From a virus, in the IMG/VR virus record IMGVR_UViG_3300034082_004296, positions 112,211 through 176,210 of that record: DNA of 64,000 nucleotides. One strand, given 5' to 3'. Position 1 is the stretch's first letter. Each line of letters opens with the position of its first letter. Both the position numbers and the translations under genes were made by a program. Below the pieces are notes generated by a model. The model did no database searches. It was not told where the DNA came from and saw only the letters and a list, made by a program, of their open reading frames with translations. Below, piece after piece: positions 59,383 through 64,000 of the stretch.

Positions 59383-59820
59383 ATGTGTCAGTTAATAAGA
59401 GTAAAGAGCATTCCTCTTTTTGAGGAATATTGTAGAAAAAACGATATCGATGGTAAAGAGATAGAAGCGATTGTATCTGACATCCCATTAAAATTAAAAG
59501 TTGCTTCAACTCAACAGAGCCAAATTAAGGGTTATAGTGGAGCCATGGACGAACCTTCTGAAAATACTGGGATGCTTTTTATATATGATGACGATCAGCC
59601 TCTTTCTTTTTGGATGAAGGACGTCAAGTTTCCTCTAGACATCATCTTTTTTGACAGCTATATGCGATACATTGACCACCATACAATGGATCCAGGAAAT
59701 GACGTAGACGAGAAAGACCTTCCGCAATACCATTCTAAAGAACCTGCAAGATTTGCAGTAGAACTTCCTGGCGGTTGGTGCGAAAAAAACATGACACCAG
59801 ATTGTAAACTTTCCTTTTAA
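59383..59820 (+). CDS. DUF192-family protein
   Basis: GMLFIY, FWMKDVKFPLDIIF, VELPGG. Confidence 0.85.
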   Translation: MCQLIRVKSIPLFEEYCRKNDIDGKEIEAIVSDIPLKLKVASTQQSQIKGYSGAMDEPSENTGMLFIYDDDQPLSFWMKDVKFPLDIIFFDSYMRYIDHHTMDPGNDVDEKDLPQYHSKEPARFAVELPGGWCEKNMTPDCKLSF

Positions 59821-59848
59821 TTTAGTACTATAACTAAAAGGAAAAACT

Positions 59849-61150
59849 ATGCACCATACCCAAGATTTTAAAGAACTTCGAGAATTCGTCAATGAGATGA
59901 ATTCGTCAAACTCTACAAATCACAAAGTTGATATTTTAACCAAATATCAATATCATCCATTCATTAAGAGGATCCTATTTTATACATATCATCCATATTG
60001 GAACTTTGGTGTGACTTCAGATAATCTTAAAAAACGCGAAGATCTTATTGCTCCAATGGAAGTATATGATGACTTTTTTATGATGCTTGACGATTTTAAT
60101 AAGCGCAACTTGACGGGTCACTCTGCGATTGAAGCAATAAATCGTTTTATTAAGGATTATGAAGAGTGGGCAGATCTAATCTACCAAATAATCGATCGTA
60201 ACCTTGAGACCCGAGCGACAGTCACTCTAATTAATCGAGTAAATCCTAAATTTATTCCAACTTTTGAGGTTGCCTTGGCTCATGACGCGGCTAAAGTAAA
60301 GGGCGTAGATATCTTCGACGGTACCTGGTTCGTTTCTAGAAAACTAGACGGAGTCCGATGTATCTGCTTTATTCAAGATGGCAAAGCACGATTCTTTTCA
60401 CGTAACGGCAAGGAGTTCCTAACTCTTGGAAAAGTTGCAAAGGAAATCAAACGCTTAGGGATCACTGATCTTGTTTTAGATGGTGAACTATGTCTTATGA
60501 ATGAAGATGGCTCAGATGACTTCCAGGGAATCCTGAAACAGATACAACGTAAGGACCATACTATCGAGAACCCAAGATACCAAATTTTTGATATCCTACT
60601 GCCTGAAGAATTTGCTGGTGACCTTGATTCTTACCTATTTTCTTCTAGAATAGAAGGCCGAACTCAATGGCTAAATCTAGACGATTCAAATATTTTGGAA
60701 ATGTTACCTCAAGTTAGAATCACTGATGAAGATGCACTTGAGGAGCTAAAGGCCCAATCTAAGGATTCTAATTGGGAAGGACTTATCGCTAGGCGAGATA
60801 CTCGATACAAATCGGGTCGATCTAAAGACATGTTAAAAATCAAAGAGTTTTTTGATGCGGAATATGTGGTGACTGGCCTGATCATGGGACCGCAACGAGT
60901 AATCGTAAACGGTAAAGAGATTGAAGAGGAGATGTTAAGCGCTGTCACAATAGATCATGAAGGATCTCAAGTTCAAGTAGGAAGCGGCTTCACAATAGAA
61001 CAACGTCGTCACTATTATCAAAATATGGGAGAGATTATGGGAGCTACTATTACTGTGCAGTATTTTGAAACTACGACCGACCAGCATGGAAACCATTCTT
61101 TAAGATTTCCAGTATTTAAAGGGAACCATGGAAAAACTCGCAGTATATAA
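59849..61150 (+). CDS. lig: ATP-dependent DNA ligase
   Basis: KLDGVR (KxDG), LDGEL, FDIL, EGLIAR, LKIK, OB-fold VGSGF and LRFPVF. Confidence 0.95.
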   Translation: MHHTQDFKELREFVNEMNSSNSTNHKVDILTKYQYHPFIKRILFYTYHPYWNFGVTSDNLKKREDLIAPMEVYDDFFMMLDDFNKRNLTGHSAIEAINRFIKDYEEWADLIYQIIDRNLETRATVTLINRVNPKFIPTFEVALAHDAAKVKGVDIFDGTWFVSRKLDGVRCICFIQDGKARFFSRNGKEFLTLGKVAKEIKRLGITDLVLDGELCLMNEDGSDDFQGILKQIQRKDHTIENPRYQIFDILLPEEFAGDLDSYLFSSRIEGRTQWLNLDDSNILEMLPQVRITDEDALEELKAQSKDSNWEGLIARRDTRYKSGRSKDMLKIKEFFDAEYVVTGLIMGPQRVIVNGKEIEEEMLSAVTIDHEGSQVQVGSGFTIEQRRHYYQNMGEIMGATITVQYFETTTDQHGNHSLRFPVFKGNHGKTRSI

Positions 61151-61154
61151 TAGC

Positions 61155-61457
61155 ATGTCATTCAATAAGAAAAGAGTACCCGAATTAAGTGAACTAAAGA
61201 GAAAACATGCAGAACTTGGAGATGCTTATCTAGAGCAGTTCCTATCTGGTGACGCAATAATTGGTCCAATTGATTCTGGTAAATATTTAGATGATTATAT
61301 CAAATCAAAGGATCCAAATAAACTTGAACCAATACCTCAAGTACTCTCTCTTCTTATCGAAGCCAAGGAATTGCTCCTAAATAGAGGCAGTTCAAAATAC
61401 ATGGAAGATTTTAATGATCTACAAAAAGTAATTAATTCAATAACAAATAAACAGTAA
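61155..61457 (+). CDS. Hypothetical protein
   Basis: Start reassigned to ATG 61155 (MSFNKKRV) downstream of AGTATATAA. Confidence 0.55.
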   Translation: MSFNKKRVPELSELKRKHAELGDAYLEQFLSGDAIIGPIDSGKYLDDYIKSKDPNKLEPIPQVLSLLIEAKELLLNRGSSKYMEDFNDLQKVINSITNKQ

Positions 61458-61460
61458 ATT

Positions 61461-61661
61461 ATGTATTACATCGCAAAAGTAAAGTTTGAGACAATTGATG
61501 ATCAAACAGGCCGACCTAAAAAGATTTATGAACAGTATCTAGTTGATGCTGGATCAATCTCTGAAGCAGAAGAGCTGCTAAAAGAGAGATTTAAAGATTC
61601 AATTGCTGAGTTTTCAGTAGTGAGTGTAGTTGAGTCTAAAATCATGGGAGTAGTTAAGTAA
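61461..61661 (+). CDS. DUF4494-like protein (Bacteroidota family)
   Basis: YIAKVKF...KKIYEQYLVDAGSISEAE. Confidence 0.65.
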   Translation: MYYIAKVKFETIDDQTGRPKKIYEQYLVDAGSISEAEELLKERFKDSIAEFSVVSVVESKIMGVVK

Positions 61662-61663
61662 TT

Positions 61664-61966
61664 ATGAAAAGGATGCCTACCCGAACCTCTGAAAAAGTAT
61701 ATGATGTGCTTTGTAAGTTTGCAGAAGCAAGTCCAAACCATTATGAAAAGGAGACATTTGTCTTTCATTTTGGAGTATTAAGCACCACCTCTTCCAAATA
61801 TAAGTTAAACTGTATGGATGATGCACAACGCTCATTTATATGTAATGATGAAGGAAAGATGTGGGTTGATGGAAGCAATGCAGGTAGAGTCAATTCGATC
61901 CTACGTAAGATCTCAGAAGAAATGGTTTCCCAAAGAGTCAGCGATGAAGTTCAACGTTCCAATTGA
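61664..61966 (+). CDS. Hypothetical protein
   Basis: 100 aa, tightly packed. Confidence 0.55.
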   Translation: MKRMPTRTSEKVYDVLCKFAEASPNHYEKETFVFHFGVLSTTSSKYKLNCMDDAQRSFICNDEGKMWVDGSNAGRVNSILRKISEEMVSQRVSDEVQRSN

Positions 61967-62372
61967 GAAAGATACCCTTTTTGCACAGGAGCTTTTTGCT
62001 CTCATTTCAGAACACGTATCTGACCTTGCTGATGAGCATGAGAAACTTCCAAACAAGATCATTTTTAGTGGAGCTCTTGGCAAAGAGCTCCATGATTTTA
62101 TCCTAGACAAAGAGTGGAATTTTAAAGGCTTTGGTCTTGATCGGGTGAATGGAATAGTAGATTCAGTCACCTTCAAGTACGATAAACCCTTTACTCAGAC
62201 TGAGAATAGGTTCGGTACAACATTTGAAGGAGGAACCTTACACGACAAGACAATAAACGGGATTCCTGGACCGGTGACGGCACAAAAGATAATCTCATCA
62301 TATTCTCAACCTAGTTTCTTAATAGAGAGAACAGTTAGACCCGAAAAACGAATATTATTAAGTAGACCATGA
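61944..62372 (+). CDS. Hypothetical protein
   Basis: Start reassigned to ATG 61944 (MKFNVPIEK); ATGA overlap with next gene. Confidence 0.55.
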   Translation: MKFNVPIEKDTLFAQELFALISEHVSDLADEHEKLPNKIIFSGALGKELHDFILDKEWNFKGFGLDRVNGIVDSVTFKYDKPFTQTENRFGTTFEGGTLHDKTINGIPGPVTAQKIISSYSQPSFLIERTVRPEKRILLSRP

Positions 62373-62890
62373 GCACAGTTCGATTTATCGCTGATCTTCA
62401 TCTTGGCCACGCTAACATGGCCAAACATCGAGGTTTTTCTTCAGTCGAGGAGCACGATGAGTACCTAATAAAAAAGTGGAACTCTATTGTGGTGAAGAGA
62501 GACTTGACATATATCCTAGGCGACGTGACAATGGAATCCAAAAAAGAGTATCCAGTATTGGATCGTCTACATGGTCGAAAGATAGTGGTTGGTGGCAATC
62601 ATGATAAACCAAATCACACTAAGGAATTACTAAATCATGTAGAATCGATAGTCGGCATGGTGCAGTACAAAGGAATCTTTTTGACCCACTGCCCTGTGCA
62701 TCCAAGGGAAATGGAATACCGAATCAAACATAACATTCACGGCCACATCCATGAAAACAGGATAGAGCATAAGTTTCGTCTTTTTGGAGTAGCCCTATTT
62801 GCAATACCCGATCGACGATATCACTGTGTCTCGTGTGAGCATATTGATTATACTCCAGTGACCTTAAAAGAATTAGGAATATTACGATGA
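62369..62890 (+). CDS. Calcineurin-like metallophosphoesterase
   Basis: ADLHLGH, ILGD, GNHD, THCP, HGHIH. Confidence 0.9.
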   Translation: MSTVRFIADLHLGHANMAKHRGFSSVEEHDEYLIKKWNSIVVKRDLTYILGDVTMESKKEYPVLDRLHGRKIVVGGNHDKPNHTKELLNHVESIVGMVQYKGIFLTHCPVHPREMEYRIKHNIHGHIHENRIEHKFRLFGVALFAIPDRRYHCVSCEHIDYTPVTLKELGILR

Positions 62891-63297
62891 TTAAGAAGAT
62901 ACTTTCAATACTTGATTGGGATCTTTGGCACCGCATTAAGGGTGGAAGTCGACCGTTAGATACTGACTATAAATTTAAAAAAGAAGAAAAGATGAAAACT
63001 AAAATAATCGAAGTATGTGTGGGAATAGGCGCAAACCAATTCTTTCCAGAATACGTTAGGGTAGCCGTTCCCGTCTTGACAAAAAAGGAGAGAGAAAAAC
63101 TTTTAGCTAATATGATGAAGGGCGATGTAGAACTAGGGCTTTATTCAGATCAGGCTCCATGCAAGTTTGACCATAATGGAGAGTGTCTTATTTGTGATGC
63201 TTGGCCTGACGCTTGTGCACATCAGAGGTATTTAAAGGGAGACTATTCAATTGAGTCAAAGGAGGAACTTGAAAAAATGTTTAACGGTAAAGTATGA
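62887..63297 (+). CDS. Hypothetical protein with Cys cluster
   Basis: CKFDHNGECLICDAWPDAC. Confidence 0.5.
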   Translation: MIKKILSILDWDLWHRIKGGSRPLDTDYKFKKEEKMKTKIIEVCVGIGANQFFPEYVRVAVPVLTKKEREKLLANMMKGDVELGLYSDQAPCKFDHNGECLICDAWPDACAHQRYLKGDYSIESKEELEKMFNGKV

Positions 63298-63872
63298 ATA
63301 AAGAAACAAAATTTAAGGTAGGTGAAAAGGCTCACAAAACAAAGGGATATAAATTTCCTTGCACCATTGTAGGTGTGTTTGAAACAATTAAAGGAGACAT
63401 CAGAGTTGTTGGTGAAATGGATGAGTATGGATTACTACACATCTTCAACGAGGATCAGTTGGAACACGTTGAACAAAAAGTTATGAATAAAGAACAGATT
63501 ATTAATGAGGCATATGAGAATTATGTTAGAAATACACCAGAACAACATGTTGTAGGTTCAGATTCCGACCCTATGAGACAGTGTATGGTTTGGAAAAGAA
63601 AAACAGATTCATCAAGTGGTTATCCAATACTAGAAAGACTTTTACAAGAACAATTCATCAACAAATGTAAAACCGATCCTGAGTTCTCCGAAAAGTGGGG
63701 ATTGAAAATTGAGGAACGGGAGTTGAGTGAAAGTGAAAGATTATTAATATTTTTGAACGAGGCAGAAAGTTTAACTATACCAACTACAACTGAAGAATTA
63801 GACAATTACGAAATCCCAACCAAACTAATCACACTAACATACAAAGATACTATAATAGAAAGTTATGAATAA
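63294..63872 (+). CDS. Fusion of a DfrB(R67)-like SH3 domain and a second hypothetical gene
   Basis: FKVGEKAHKTKGYKFPCTIVG...GLLHIFNEDQLE; internal in-frame ATG 63483 (MNKEQIINEAYE). Confidence 0.55.
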   Translation: MNKETKFKVGEKAHKTKGYKFPCTIVGVFETIKGDIRVVGEMDEYGLLHIFNEDQLEHVEQKVMNKEQIINEAYENYVRNTPEQHVVGSDSDPMRQCMVWKRKTDSSSGYPILERLLQEQFINKCKTDPEFSEKWGLKIEERELSESERLLIFLNEAESLTIPTTTEELDNYEIPTKLITLTYKDTIIESYE

Positions 63873-63904
63873 AGAACAGATTATTGATGAGGTGTATGAG
63901 AATT
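63477..63904 (+). repeat. 46-bp direct repeat pair (63477-63522 and 63859-63904)
   Basis: AAAGTTATGAATAAAGAACAGATTATT-R-ATGAGG-NN-TATGAGAATT; 43/46 identical. Confidence 0.9.
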
Positions 63905-64000
63905 TTATTGATAAAACCAAAGGATTAAATCTTAATTTAGAAATCAATAAAGACATTATAGTTGTAGAAGGACCTATTTACCATGCAACCCCTAGATTAT
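63865..64000 (+). CDS. Hypothetical protein (3'-truncated)
   Basis: MNKEQIIDEVYENFIDK... open to the window end. Confidence 0.6.
   Translation, partial: MNKEQIIDEVYENFIDKTKGLNLNLEINKDIIVVEGPIYHATPRL

Noticed and set aside
1-64000. Alternative genetic code (stop-codon reassignment)
   Set aside because: Standard code gives near-complete coding density with intact long genes; no fragmentation at TAG or TGA
1-64000. tRNA, rRNA or long ncRNA genes
   Set aside because: Intergenic gaps are short and AT-rich; no cloverleaf or structured RNA recognised beyond two terminators

Overview
This AT-rich, densely coded window is part of a large T4-like (myovirus-type) jumbo phage genome, most likely infecting Bacteroidota. 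Host evidence: a Bacteroidota-type ribosomal protein bS21, a T9SS-cargo-like secreted protein, a DUF4494-like protein, and A-rich leaders without Shine-Dalgarno sequences. It covers much of the late/virion region: baseplate and fibre proteins, gp14/gp15/gp6/gp26-like proteins and terminase. It also carries a sigma factor, beta-helical adhesin-like fibres beside a glycosyltransferase/sulfotransferase cluster, a DNA beta-glucosyltransferase-like plus FkbM methyltransferase pair, an ATP-dependent DNA ligase and small accessory genes. About 20 T4-late-like (A/G/T)ATAAATA(A) boxes precede genes. The most notable pattern is a short tag resembling the T4 internal-protein capsid-targeting sequence ([ILV]xx[FY]x[EQD][FY], usually followed by a [LI]xE protease-type site). 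It occurs on about 12 unrelated proteins, and two more carry it at the C-terminus with the putative cleavage site before it. This suggests a large protease-processed capsid-cargo repertoire including a Nudix enzyme, a dual peptidoglycan hydrolase, a pre-toxin-TG-like membrane protein and a catalytically dead ATP-grasp protein. All family assignments come from motif recognition by eye; no searches were run.
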